From Dehalococcoidia bacterium (GTDB lineage: Bacteria; Chloroflexota; Dehalococcoidia; DSTF01; JACRBR01): DNA of 64,000 nt. Shown here in pieces: positions 26,289 through 36,474 of this stretch; the first letter of the stretch is position 1; the number at the start of each line of letters is the position of its first letter. The stretch covers positions 1 through 64,000 of the forward strand of contig JBGQBE010000010.1 in the NCBI GenBank assembly GCA_041494685.1. Reading direction: 5' to 3'. Position numbers and translations under genes: made by a program. Below the pieces are notes generated by a model, which ran no database searches, had not been told where the DNA came from, and was given only the letters and a program-made list of their open reading frames with translations.

Positions 26289-28587
26289 CGCCAACTGGGA
26301 CGACATCTTCCAGAAGCGACAGGAAGACCTGACGCCCCGCGACGAGCGGCTGTCCGACACGCTGCCGTGGGAAGACTGGCTGACCTTCGTGCTGACGGCG
26401 CTCGTGTCGCTGAGCGTGGTCGCGTCGATCGACGGCGCGCGCTGGGTCACCGACATGCCGGCGCTGTACCCGGTCTGTCTCTCCGCGCTTTTGTCCGCGT
26501 TCGTGCTCTCCCGCGTGCGGCGGAACGCGCTGCTGCTGCACCCGCTGTCGCTCTTCGCCGGAGCGACGTTCGTCTACCTTCAGCTGCTGGCGATCCTGCC
26601 CGGTGGCACGCCCGTCGCCCGCACGGACAACATGCTCGACCGCATGCACGCCTGGTGGTACGCGGTCACGCGGGACGGCATCAGCAGCGATTCGCTGCCG
26701 TTCATCATCCTGGTGCTGGTGCTGGTGTGGCTGGGCACGTACCTGTCGTCGTGGGCGGTCTTCCGCTGGCGCAACGCGTGGCTCGCGCTGACGCCGGGCG
26801 GCGTCGCGCTGATGTGGAACATCAGCTTCATCCCGGGTCAGTTCAGCTACGCGTTCGTGGTGTTCGTCTTCAGCGCGGTGCTGCTGATGATGCGCCTCCA
26901 CCTGGCGCAGCGCGAGCGCGACTGGGACGAGCGCGGCGTCGCATACCCGGAGTTCATCACCCTGTCGGCGTTGAATTTCACGTTCTGGGTGACGCTCGCG
27001 ATCCTGCTGCTGGCCTGGTGGCTGCCGCTTGCCGACCGCTCTGACACGGCGAACCAGCGATGGAACGACTTCACGTCGCCCATCACGCGGCGCTTCGAGC
27101 CGCTGGCGCGCGTCTTCATCTCGGTCAACGCGAAGAAGCCGATCACGATCCACAACCTGCCCGACGCGCTGGCGTTCCAGGGCAAGATCACGCTCACCGG
27201 CAAGCAGGCCGTCGAGATCAACGTGGACATCACGCCGGAGATGGCGGCGTTCTTGCGTGCGCAGTCGTTCGACCAGTACACGGCGGACGGCTGGAAGGTA
27301 ACGGTGCACAGCAACGTGCCGCTTTCGCCCGGGCAGCGCACCGGCGCATCGGACCAAGCGACTCTGCCGGACGCGCGCAAGGAGTTGAAGGTCAACGTGA
27401 AGGTGCAGGGCGGAAACAACGGCGTCCTGTTCAGCCTCGGGCAGCCGGTGGCGTCCGACAAGCCGGCGGACGCGCGCACCGGCGCCGCCCCCGACGACGT
27501 CACGGGCCTGCGCCCGGACACACACCTCCGCAACGGCGACACCTACGCCGTCACGGGCAGCGTGGCGGTACCGTCGATCGACGAACTGAACGCCGCCGGC
27601 ACAGATTACCCGCAGTGGGTACGCGACAACTACCTGCAGCTCCCGGACTCGTTACCGAGGCGCGTCAGCCGCAAGGCGCGCGAGGTCGTGCGCGGCACTA
27701 CAACGCCGTACGAGCAGGCGGCGGCGATCGAGCGGTACGTCCGCTCGTTCCCGGTGGACTACAACGTGCCGACGGCACCGCCCGGCCGCGACGCCGTCGA
27801 CTACTTCCTATTCGACGCGCAGCGTGGCTACTTCGACTACCACGCCTCCGCGATGGCGGTGATGCTGCGCTCGCTCGGCATCCCCGCGCGCGTGGCCAGC
27901 GGCTACGCGGTCGACCCGGCGACGCGCCAAGGCGACGGCAACACCTTCACCCTGACGGAGTTCAACGCGTTCGCGTGGCCGGAGGTGTACTTCCCGGGCA
28001 TCGGCTGGGTCGAGTTCAGCCCGACGCCGTCGCAGCCGCTGATCAACAGGCCGGGCACGGCGTCGATTGACGGGACGGGCCAGGGCAGCAAGAAAGTCCC
28101 GGGCGAGCCCGGCGCGGGCGCGATCGACCTCGGCCTGCTCAAGCCGCCGCCGCCCGACGACACGCCGGCGCCGACCGCGGCGCAAGGCGGGGGGCCCAGC
28201 GCGTGGCCGCTGCTGCTGGCACTCTCGATCGCGGGCGTGGCGATCGCGCTGGGCGGGGCAGGCGGGCGGCTCGCCTGGGAGCACGGCATGGGCGGGCTGA
28301 GCAAGCCGGCGCGGCTTTGGGAGAAGACGCTGCGGCTGGCGACGCTGGCGCGCGCGAACGCGCAGCCGAGCGAGACGCCGCGCGAGTTCGCGGCGCGGCT
28401 CGCACGCACGGTACCGGACGCCGGCGCGGCCGCGTACATCGCAGCGGCGTACGAGCGCGCGCGCTTCGGCGGCAAGGCGGCCTCAGAAGACGAGGCGGAG
28501 CGCCTCGACGTGGCCTACGCGTCGGTGCGGCGGTCGCTGCTGCGCCGCGTCCTGCGCCTGAAGCCGCGCGAGGAGGCGAAGCCGTAG
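26281..28587 (+). CDS. TgpA-like membrane transglutaminase-family protein, catalytic triad substituted
   Basis: Multi-TM N-terminus; DAVDYFLF...GYFDYHASAMAVMLRSLGIPARVASGY, AFAWPEVY, WVEFSPTP; DUF4129-like ETPREF...YERARFG. Confidence 0.9.
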   Translation: MRDANWDDIFQKRQEDLTPRDERLSDTLPWEDWLTFVLTALVSLSVVASIDGARWVTDMPALYPVCLSALLSAFVLSRVRRNALLLHPLSLFAGATFVYLQLLAILPGGTPVARTDNMLDRMHAWWYAVTRDGISSDSLPFIILVLVLVWLGTYLSSWAVFRWRNAWLALTPGGVALMWNISFIPGQFSYAFVVFVFSAVLLMMRLHLAQRERDWDERGVAYPEFITLSALNFTFWVTLAILLLAWWLPLADRSDTANQRWNDFTSPITRRFEPLARVFISVNAKKPITIHNLPDALAFQGKITLTGKQAVEINVDITPEMAAFLRAQSFDQYTADGWKVTVHSNVPLSPGQRTGASDQATLPDARKELKVNVKVQGGNNGVLFSLGQPVASDKPADARTGAAPDDVTGLRPDTHLRNGDTYAVTGSVAVPSIDELNAAGTDYPQWVRDNYLQLPDSLPRRVSRKAREVVRGTTTPYEQAAAIERYVRSFPVDYNVPTAPPGRDAVDYFLFDAQRGYFDYHASAMAVMLRSLGIPARVASGYAVDPATRQGDGNTFTLTEFNAFAWPEVYFPGIGWVEFSPTPSQPLINRPGTASIDGTGQGSKKVPGEPGAGAIDLGLLKPPPPDDTPAPTAAQGGGPSAWPLLLALSIAGVAIALGGAGGRLAWEHGMGGLSKPARLWEKTLRLATLARANAQPSETPREFAARLARTVPDAGAAAYIAAAYERARFGGKAASEDEAERLDVAYASVRRSLLRRVLRLKPREEAKP

Positions 28588-28591
28588 CGGC

Positions 28592-30967
28592 TTACGCCAC
28601 CTCGACCGTGCTGCCCGCCGGCGACTTCACCACCGTGATGCGGCGCTCGATGCGCTGGGCCAGCTCCGGGACGTGCGTGATGACGCCGACCATCCGCTCC
28701 TCCGAGCGCAGACCTTCGAGCGCGTTGATGACGGTCTCCAGCGTCTCCGGGTCGAGCGTGCCGAAGCCCTCGTCGAGGAACAGGCTCTCGAGCCGCGCAG
28801 CGGCGGCGCTGCGCAGTTCCGGCAGGCGCTCGGAGAGTGCCAGCGCCAGCGCCAGCGACGCGACGAACGTCTCGCCGCCGCTGAGGGTGCGGGCGGAGCG
28901 CGACTGGTCCGCCTGCCAGTGGTCGGTCACCTGGAACTCGCCGCCATCGACCTGCATCGCGAAGCGCGGGTAGAGCGACGTCAAGTGCTCCGTCGCGCTC
29001 TCCGCGAGGACGCGCATGGCGGAGCTGATGACGTACTCCTGGAAGTTGTCGGAGCGCAGCAGCAGTCCCAGCTCGCGGTAGCTGGCGCCGCTCTCGCGGA
29101 GCGCCTCCAACTGCTCCGCTAGCTCGGCCGCCTTCTCCATCTTCTGCTCGATGTCGCGCTCGCGCGCCTCGAACTGCGACTGCTTCGCGGTGAGCGCGTC
29201 CGCATCGCGCGCCGCGGCGTCGAGCAGCTTCTTCAGCGTCGGCCGCGGGTCCTTCTTCTGGTCGATCGTGGCCACCACGTCGCGCCAGTCGCCCGCCTCG
29301 GTGAGGCCGCGCAGCTCGGCGATCGCGGCGTCGCCGTCGCGCGTGGCGGCGGCGACCGCTTCGCCGAGCTGCGCTAAACGCTCCTGCAGCGCTGCGATGT
29401 TACGGTCGCTCTCCGCGACGCGTGGCTCCAGCTCCGCAAGATCGGCACGCGCCTTCGCGAGCTTCCGGTTCAGCGCATCGGCCTGCTCCGCCGCCTGCTG
29501 CTGCGCTTCGAATGCGGCATCGATCGCCTCGGCGCCGGGCTGCACGCCCTTCGGCAGCGCCTGCGCGAGCGCTGCCTCCGCCGCCGCGGCGTCCGCCTGC
29601 ACCCGGCCGAGCTGCTCCGCGGCGGCCTGCGCCTTCTGGCGCGCGGCGCCCAGCGCGACTTCGGCCGCCTGGTGCGCGCGCGATGCCTTTCGCTCGGCGT
29701 CCTCCGCGGCCGTCACGGCCTTGTCGGCCGCGGCAAGGCCGCTGACGGCGGCCTTCGGGAGCTTGCCCACGACGCCGCCGCAGACCGGGCACGGGTCGCC
29801 GGGCTTGAGGCCGCCGCGCACGTGCGCCGCCGCATCCGCGCGCTGCACCGCTTCCAGCGCGGCCACGGCGTCCGCGCGCTGCCGCTCCGCCTTCGCGCGT
29901 GTCTCGGCGGCGCGCTCCAGCGCGGCCTCCGCGGGCTGCACGCCCGCCGCATCCGCGGCCGCCTGTTGCGCGCGCTGCAGTACCGCGCGCGCCGCGTCGA
30001 GCGCGCGGGCGCGTTCGCGGGCGACGCCCAGCGCCTGGTGCAACGCGGCGTCGTACTGTCCGTTCTTGAGCTGCGCCTCCGCCGCGGCCACCTCCTTGCG
30101 CAGCGCCTGCACGCCTTGCTGTCCGCTCTTGCCCAGCTCCTGCGCCTGCGCGATCTCCTTTTCGGTGACGACGTGCTGCTCGGACGCCTGCTTCGCGCGT
30201 TGGCGAGCGCCTACCACGGTCTCGGCAAGCGCCGCGGCGCGGATCAGCGCGTCGCGCTGCGACTTCGCCTGCTCCAGCACCGGCGCCGTCCCGGCGAGTT
30301 CGGCGCGGCAGGCGTCGAGCGCCTCCCGCGTCGCGCCGGCGTAGTCCTCGCGCAGCCGCTGCTCGATGTTGGCGGCGTCGCGCGTCAGGTCGCGCGCCGT
30401 CTGGTTCGCGGCGCTCATCACCCGCTCGTAGATGCCAATGTCGAGCAGATCCTTGAGAACATCCTGCCGCTGCTTGCGGTCGCCGGCGAGGAACTCCTGA
30501 AAGCGGCCCTGCGGCAGCACGACGCAGCGCTGGAAGGCGTCGAAGTCCAGACCCACGATGCGGACGATCTCGTCGTCGATGGTGCGGACGCGGCCCTCCA
30601 TGGGCGCCCACTCGCCGCCGGTGAGCTGCTCAAGCTGGACCGGCGAAATGGCGCGCGTGACGCGCTCCTTGCCGTCGCGGCCGGTCTTGCGCGTCACGTT
30701 GATGCTCCGCAGCACGCGATACTCGTGGCCGGCGGCGCTGAATTCCAGAGACACGCGCAGGGTGTCGCGGTTGTACGACATCAGGTGCTGCGTCTCGCCA
30801 TGGCGGGGGATGCGGCCGTAGAGCGCGTAGCACATCGCGTCGACGATCGTGCTCTTGCCGGCGCCGGTAGGGCCGGTGATCACGAAGACGTCCATGCCGT
30901 CGAAGTCGACGTCGACCGGATCGGCGAAGCAGGTGAAGCCTTCGATGTGGAGATTACGCGGACGCAC
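28592..30967 (-). CDS. sbcC: SbcC/Rad50 SMC-like ATPase
   Basis: GPTGAGKST, VLPQGRFQEFL Q-loop, CPVC zinc hook, LSGGETF, FLDEGFGTLD, VITHV. Confidence 0.95.
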   Translation of the reverse strand: MRPRNLHIEGFTCFADPVDVDFDGMDVFVITGPTGAGKSTIVDAMCYALYGRIPRHGETQHLMSYNRDTLRVSLEFSAAGHEYRVLRSINVTRKTGRDGKERVTRAISPVQLEQLTGGEWAPMEGRVRTIDDEIVRIVGLDFDAFQRCVVLPQGRFQEFLAGDRKQRQDVLKDLLDIGIYERVMSAANQTARDLTRDAANIEQRLREDYAGATREALDACRAELAGTAPVLEQAKSQRDALIRAAALAETVVGARQRAKQASEQHVVTEKEIAQAQELGKSGQQGVQALRKEVAAAEAQLKNGQYDAALHQALGVARERARALDAARAVLQRAQQAAADAAGVQPAEAALERAAETRAKAERQRADAVAALEAVQRADAAAHVRGGLKPGDPCPVCGGVVGKLPKAAVSGLAAADKAVTAAEDAERKASRAHQAAEVALGAARQKAQAAAEQLGRVQADAAAAEAALAQALPKGVQPGAEAIDAAFEAQQQAAEQADALNRKLAKARADLAELEPRVAESDRNIAALQERLAQLGEAVAAATRDGDAAIAELRGLTEAGDWRDVVATIDQKKDPRPTLKKLLDAAARDADALTAKQSQFEARERDIEQKMEKAAELAEQLEALRESGASYRELGLLLRSDNFQEYVISSAMRVLAESATEHLTSLYPRFAMQVDGGEFQVTDHWQADQSRSARTLSGGETFVASLALALALSERLPELRSAAAARLESLFLDEGFGTLDPETLETVINALEGLRSEERMVGVITHVPELAQRIERRITVVKSPAGSTVEVA

Positions 30968-32132
30968 GTTCGACCTCGGCCTGGTAGAGATCGTTGAACA
31001 GCTTGATCAGTCCCTCCGGGATGGCGTGCCCTTCGTGGCGCTCGGCGTAGTAGCGCGCTAGCAGTTCGTGCGGCGCCAGCGCGCCGCTGCCGGCCGCGGG
31101 CGTATCGCCCGCCGTCATGCCCGCGGCGACCACGCCCTCGACGTGCAGCGCGTTGGGCAGCACCTCGCGCACGCGCTCATAGAGCGAGAGTACCGGCGCG
31201 TCGAGGTCGACGTAGACGCGCAGGTGGGCGTCAGCGTACTGGCCGGCGTGCGCGGGCAGGTCCTCAAGGCGCAGGCGTAGCGTCTTCAGCTCGCGGCCGC
31301 CTTCGACGGGTATCCGCTGGACGCGGGCAGTCTGGCGCGGCTGCACGTCGATGAGGTTGACGCTCTTCTCCTGCCCGCTCTCGCCGAAATCGAGCTGCAG
31401 CAGCGACCCGGCGTAGAACGCGGGCGCCGCGCTGGCGATCTCCTGCGAGCGGTGGACGTGGCCCAGCGCGACGTACTGCGCGGTGCCGGGCAGGCACGAC
31501 GCCGGCACCGCGAAGTTCTGGCCGATCTGCATCTTCCGTTCGCCGCTGCCCTCGCCGATCGACGCGCCGTCGATCAGCATGTGGCCCATGAAGATGTTGG
31601 CCGTCGTCGGGTCGAACGACCGGCAGAAATACGAGATGGCGCGCTCCATCTGGCCGGCGTAGCGCCCCAGCGCCTCGCTCACCTCGCCGAAGAGATGCTC
31701 GTACTCCACGGCGATGCGCTCGGCCACCCACGGCAGCGCGACGACCGTCGCGGCTTCGCTGCCATCGCGCGATGTGATCCGCAGCGGCGCGTAGGCGTCG
31801 TCGCGGGGCACGCTGCCCACGCAGTCCGCGCCGGCGATGCGCAGGATGCCGGCGAGCGCGTCCATGCGCGTGGCGTTGTCGTGGTTGCCGGCGATCATCG
31901 CGACCTTGATGTTGTCGCGGAGCAGCGCGGTCAGCGCCTCGTACAGCAGGTGCTCGGCCTCGGCTGGCGGCGAGAACGTCTCAAACGTGTCGCCGGCGAT
32001 CAGCACGGCGTCCACCTGCTCGCGCCGGGCGATGTCGACGACGCACAGGACGGCGCGCTCGAACTCCGCCTGGCGCGACTGGCCGCGTATCGTGCGGCCC
32101 AGGTGCCAGTCGCTCGTGTGGAGCAGCCGCAT
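30954..32132 (-). CDS. sbcD: SbcD/Mre11 nuclease
   Basis: HTSDWHLG, AGDTF, GNHD, YVALGHVH, YAGSLLQLDFGE. Confidence 0.95.
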   Translation of the reverse strand: MRLLHTSDWHLGRTIRGQSRQAEFERAVLCVVDIARREQVDAVLIAGDTFETFSPPAEAEHLLYEALTALLRDNIKVAMIAGNHDNATRMDALAGILRIAGADCVGSVPRDDAYAPLRITSRDGSEAATVVALPWVAERIAVEYEHLFGEVSEALGRYAGQMERAISYFCRSFDPTTANIFMGHMLIDGASIGEGSGERKMQIGQNFAVPASCLPGTAQYVALGHVHRSQEIASAAPAFYAGSLLQLDFGESGQEKSVNLIDVQPRQTARVQRIPVEGGRELKTLRLRLEDLPAHAGQYADAHLRVYVDLDAPVLSLYERVREVLPNALHVEGVVAAGMTAGDTPAAGSGALAPHELLARYYAERHEGHAIPEGLIKLFNDLYQAEVERASA

Positions 32133-33841
32133 CAGCGCCCCCCGCGCAGCCCGGAGCCGCCGCGTGTAGCCGATGCGACCTCGTCCTTGCGCGTAGCCCA
32201 CGCGGGGAAGGGGAACTGCACCAGCAGCGGCACCGGGATCTCCGGCTGGTGCACGAACATCGTGCCGGGCTTGAGGATTGACGCGCGCGACTTCGCCGCG
32301 TCGGTGAGGAAGCCATACTCGCCGCGCGAAGCTTCCGCGCTATCGAGGCGGCCGGCTACGCGGAAGGACGCGTTCGCTGTGACGCGGCGCTCGATCTCGC
32401 TGGCGGTCTGCTGCGCGCCGATGAGGATGATGCCGAGGCTGCGGCCGCGCTCGGCGATGTCCAGGATCACTTCCTTGATCGGGCTCCAGCCCTCGCGCGG
32501 GGCATACTTGTTCAGCTCGTCGAGCACGAGGTACACCTGCGGCCGCGCCGTGCCCATCTCCTCCTTCAACTCCAGGATGCGCCGCACGACGACGCCCACG
32601 ACGAAGCGCTTGGCGCGGTCCGGCAGGCTGTGGATGTCGATCACGGTGACCTGGTTGTTGCCGCCCGCTCCGCCCTTGCCGTCGAGGATGCGGATCGTGT
32701 GGTCCTCGGCACGCTTCGGCGGGATGGCGCGCACCAGGTGGCCGGCGGTGCCCGCCGCGTCGAAGAGTCGGCGCACGAAGGCGTTCTGCGTGCCGCCGGC
32801 GGCGCGTCCGGCGATCGCGTCGATGTTCTTCTCGATCACGCGCGCCAGGTCCATGAAGCTGCGCACCGTGTCCACCTCGCTGCCGATCACGCTGACGAAG
32901 CCGTGTTCGTCCGGGTCGAGCACGATCGTGTTGTCGGCGAGCCAGTCTTCGACCAGGCGGACGACGAATGAGAGCTGGCTGGTCTCGTTGTCCGCGTCAG
33001 CGAAGAGGAACTTGAGCATGCGCTGGCGGCAGAACTCCGAGATCGACCAGGTGTACGCCGTCACGCCCTCCTGCCGCGTCTCCGAGGCGGGGACCAGCTC
33101 GTCGGAGCCCTTCTTCGCCGGCGCCCAAATGCCGACGCTCTGGAACGGGCCGACCGGCAGCCCCATCCGCTGGTACTTCGCGCGGGCGTCGTCATCGAGC
33201 TTGCTGTTGGGCTTGTCGAGCCAGAGCAGATCTTCGCCCTTCACGTTGAAGATGATCGCCTTGGTGTTGGCGGCATGGGGTCCCAGCACGTCGGAGTGCA
33301 GCAGCGAGTAGAGGAGGAAGAGCGCGTAGCTGGTCTTGGTGGCGACGCCGCTGATGCCGCTGATGTTCATGTGCGCGCCGCGCGTGCCGTCCAGGAACTC
33401 GATGTTGCCGTAAACCGGGCGGCCGTCGCGCGAGTAGCCCGCGTTGAACGCCGTGCCGTCCTCGCGCATCTTGTCGAAGTACAGGGCCTCGTCCCGCTGC
33501 ACGTCGTCGCTGAGGAAGACGCGCTCGCCGGGGAACGGCGCGATGAAGATCTCCGGCTCCACGCGCGTGACGGTGACGTGCGCCGCGTTCGCGATGCCGA
33601 CCGGCAGGCGGTTCTCCATCGCCGCTTCGGCGTCGGAGTCGAAGCGCGCGCCCTCGTAGCGCGAGCGCACCTTGTCGACGATGCCGTGCAGGCGCACCTC
33701 GCGCTTATCGGGCAGGATGACGGGTACCGTGACAACGTCGTCGAGCTGCAGGTAGCGGTGCGGGTACACCCACACCCAGAAGTCGAGCGCGTAGGCGTCT
33801 TCCGTGCCGATGACGAGACCGATCGGTTCTACGGATTCCAC
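32132..33841 (-). CDS. herA: HerA/FtsK-superfamily ATPase
   Basis: GTG start after GGAGG; HAS-barrel-like N-terminus, HMNISGISGVATKTSY, FNVKGEDLL, VLDELNKYAP, ERGRSLG.ILIGAQQ. Confidence 0.88.
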   Translation of the reverse strand: MESVEPIGLVIGTEDAYALDFWVWVYPHRYLQLDDVVTVPVILPDKREVRLHGIVDKVRSRYEGARFDSDAEAAMENRLPVGIANAAHVTVTRVEPEIFIAPFPGERVFLSDDVQRDEALYFDKMREDGTAFNAGYSRDGRPVYGNIEFLDGTRGAHMNISGISGVATKTSYALFLLYSLLHSDVLGPHAANTKAIIFNVKGEDLLWLDKPNSKLDDDARAKYQRMGLPVGPFQSVGIWAPAKKGSDELVPASETRQEGVTAYTWSISEFCRQRMLKFLFADADNETSQLSFVVRLVEDWLADNTIVLDPDEHGFVSVIGSEVDTVRSFMDLARVIEKNIDAIAGRAAGGTQNAFVRRLFDAAGTAGHLVRAIPPKRAEDHTIRILDGKGGAGGNNQVTVIDIHSLPDRAKRFVVGVVVRRILELKEEMGTARPQVYLVLDELNKYAPREGWSPIKEVILDIAERGRSLGIILIGAQQTASEIERRVTANASFRVAGRLDSAEASRGEYGFLTDAAKSRASILKPGTMFVHQPEIPVPLLVQFPFPAWATRKDEVASATRGGSGLRGGR

Positions 33842-34791
33842 GTCAGTTCCTCCTTGGCGAAGGCCGTCATCATCAGGCGGGTCAGGTACTCGGTATCGCC
33901 CTGGCGGCGGCGCAGCTCGCGCTCGAGCTGGCCGACGGGCAGCAGGTTCTGCGGCGCGCGGTCGTCGCGCGACGGCGTCGAGGCGTAGGCCGGCAGCACG
34001 GCGGCGGTGACGTCGGCCGTGCGGAACGCCTCCGCCTTCGGCGTGTTGTGGTCCATCTCCAGCCGCGCCAACCCCGAGAGCGGGATCTCGAAGCGGCCGG
34101 GCGTGCGCAGGCAGACGAACCATGAGTAGTACCTCGCTCGCTGCTTCTCGATGAGGAACACGGGCGACCGCTCGCCCGTGCGCAGCGCCTCCAGGCAGCT
34201 CACTTGCTCCGGCCCTTCGATGTAGAGCCCTTGCAGCGTCTTGATCAGCCCGACGACGGGGCCTTGCCGCACGCCCGGCAGGCGGCCGTCGACGACGATC
34301 AGCTCGCACCCGTCGTCGAGCAGCGCGCGCACGACGTCGGCCTCCAGGTTGGCGCGCAGGTCGGCCAACGCTTGGCTAATGCCTTCCGCGTCCTCGCCCG
34401 AGCTGGACGCCGGCAGGTACACGACCGGGCCGTTCTGCGCCTCCAGCCGCACGGCAGCCGGCGCCGCGCCGCGCGTGAGGATGATGCGACGTTCGACCTT
34501 GATGTGCCGCAGCGGCGGCTCCGCATCGCAGAGGACCGCGCCGGCGGCGTAGGAGACGAGCGCGCCGGGGATCGGCCAGCCCTCGCCTACGGCGGAGATG
34601 CGCCGCTCCAGGCGCTGCACGCCGTCGACGAACGCCAGCCGCGGCGGCGAGGCGGGCGCGGCCGGCGCGATCGGCTGCCAGTCGGCGGCCTCGACGTCGT
34701 CGACGACGCTGGCCTTCACCTGGTCGCCCAGCGACGCTTCGGCGACGGAGTCGTACGTGGGCGGTCGCGGGTCGAGCTTGAGCAGCCGCAC
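33829..34791 (-). CDS. nurA: NurA-family nuclease
   Basis: FVDGVQR, LEA, VVDGRL, GLIKT, GERSPVF, RAPQNLLPVGQLERELRRR.GD; overlaps herA. Confidence 0.82.
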   Translation of the reverse strand: MRLLKLDPRPPTYDSVAEASLGDQVKASVVDDVEAADWQPIAPAAPASPPRLAFVDGVQRLERRISAVGEGWPIPGALVSYAAGAVLCDAEPPLRHIKVERRIILTRGAAPAAVRLEAQNGPVVYLPASSSGEDAEGISQALADLRANLEADVVRALLDDGCELIVVDGRLPGVRQGPVVGLIKTLQGLYIEGPEQVSCLEALRTGERSPVFLIEKQRARYYSWFVCLRTPGRFEIPLSGLARLEMDHNTPKAEAFRTADVTAAVLPAYASTPSRDDRAPQNLLPVGQLERELRRRQGDTEYLTRLMMTAFAKEELTWNP

Positions 34792-35004
34792 AGTCTCCCT
34801 TTCGTTCGCTGCACCGGCCGGAGCGGACGCGCCGGGGCGCGCCGGATGCGCGTATCCTACCGTCTCGCGCGCGCGCCGACCATGCCGCATCCGCCCCACG
34901 CTATCGCAGCGGCGCGACAGGGACCGTCGCAGGTTCGGCCGCCCGGCCGCTTTCGCGCGCGCCGCGCCGCCCGATACGCTGCCTCGTACCACTGTGAGGT
35001 GAAC

Positions 35005-36363
35005 ATGAACAGGGACGACGGCATCCCCGACGAACCGCGGATCTACGCGTGGATCGAGGAGGTCTTCTCGCACGGCGTGCGCCGCCCCGGTTACCCGGCC
35101 GACCGCTGGGCGGAGCAGTGGGCGCAGGAGCAGTTCCGTGCGCTCGGGCTGCGAGACGTCCGTGCGGAGCCCGTCGAACTGCCGTCGTGGGAGCCGGAGG
35201 AGGCGTCGCTCGTCCTGGCCGCGGGAGCACAGCGCATCGAGATCCCGTGCTTCGCGCTGCCGCACTGCGCGCGCGGCACCGTAGAGGCGCAGATCGTGGC
35301 GTACGACGACGCAACGCCGGAGGGCGTCGGCGGCGCGGTGTCGCTATACGACGTGCCCCTGCTGCGCACGCCGTTCGGCTTCTACAACCACGTCGCGACG
35401 TGGCCGTACGACCCCGATGGCACGTTCGAGGGCGCGAGCCAGCTCCTGCCGTTCGGCCGCGAGTTCCAGGCCGTAATGGAGCCGTCGATCGCCGCGGGCG
35501 CGACCGCCTTCGTCGGCACGCTTACCGACTACCCCGGCGACTCGCGCGACTACTACGTTCCTTACGACGCCGTCGAGCGCGCGATCCCCGGCGTGTGGAT
35601 CAGTGGCAGCGACGGCGCACGTGTGCGTGCGCTGCTCGCCGCCGGACCGGTGCGCGCACGCGTCACGGTACGCGCGCGACGCGAGACGATCACGTCGTAC
35701 AACATCGTCGGCGAATTGCCGGGCGCGGACGAAGAGATGGTGGTGATCGGGTCGCATCACGACGGGCCGTGGTCCTCCGCGGTCGAGGACGCAAGCGGCA
35801 TCGCGCTGGTGCTCGCGCAGGCGGCGTACTGGTCGCGCCTGCCGCAGGGCGAGCGGCCGCACCGCCTTGTCTTCCTGCTCAACGCCGGGCACATGACGGA
35901 CGGCGCTGGCGCGCGGGCGTTCTGCCGCGCGCACGGAACCGACCTGGAGCGCATGGTGCTGAACGTGCACCTGGAGCACGCCGCCAACGAGTTCGCCGCC
36001 GACGGCGGCGCCGAGCCGCGCCCGACGGGACAGCCGGAGGCGCGCTGGTGGTTCACGTCGAAGATCGGGCGCCTGCAGGACGCCGTCCGCGCGGCGATCG
36101 AAGCCGAAGATATGCGGCGGTCCTTCATGCTGCCGCCGGAGGTCTTCGGTCCGCGGCCGACCACCGACGGCAGCGAGTTCTACGTCGTCGGCGTGCCGAT
36201 CGTGAACTACCTCACCGCGCCCTTCTACCTCTTTGACGCGATGGACACCCTGGACAAGATCCACCGCCCCAGCCTCGTGCCCCTCACGCGGGCGGCGGTG
36301 CGCATCATCGGATCGACGGCCGGCGTCAGCGCGGCCGCGATGCGGGCCGGCAAGCGTCGATGA
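35005..36363 (+). CDS. M28 family peptidase
   Basis: NIVGELPG, IGSHHDG, AVEDASG, HLEH, TDG. Confidence 0.82.
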   Translation: MNRDDGIPDEPRIYAWIEEVFSHGVRRPGYPADRWAEQWAQEQFRALGLRDVRAEPVELPSWEPEEASLVLAAGAQRIEIPCFALPHCARGTVEAQIVAYDDATPEGVGGAVSLYDVPLLRTPFGFYNHVATWPYDPDGTFEGASQLLPFGREFQAVMEPSIAAGATAFVGTLTDYPGDSRDYYVPYDAVERAIPGVWISGSDGARVRALLAAGPVRARVTVRARRETITSYNIVGELPGADEEMVVIGSHHDGPWSSAVEDASGIALVLAQAAYWSRLPQGERPHRLVFLLNAGHMTDGAGARAFCRAHGTDLERMVLNVHLEHAANEFAADGGAEPRPTGQPEARWWFTSKIGRLQDAVRAAIEAEDMRRSFMLPPEVFGPRPTTDGSEFYVVGVPIVNYLTAPFYLFDAMDTLDKIHRPSLVPLTRAAVRIIGSTAGVSAAAMRAGKRR

Positions 36364-36474
36364 GATTCTTCCGACGTGCGCGCCAGCGCGGCGGTCTGTA
36401 ACGGTTAGGCAATGCTTCCGGCCGCCATCCGGCCGTATGCTGGCGGATGAACATCAACTACGGAGCCGCCGCGG

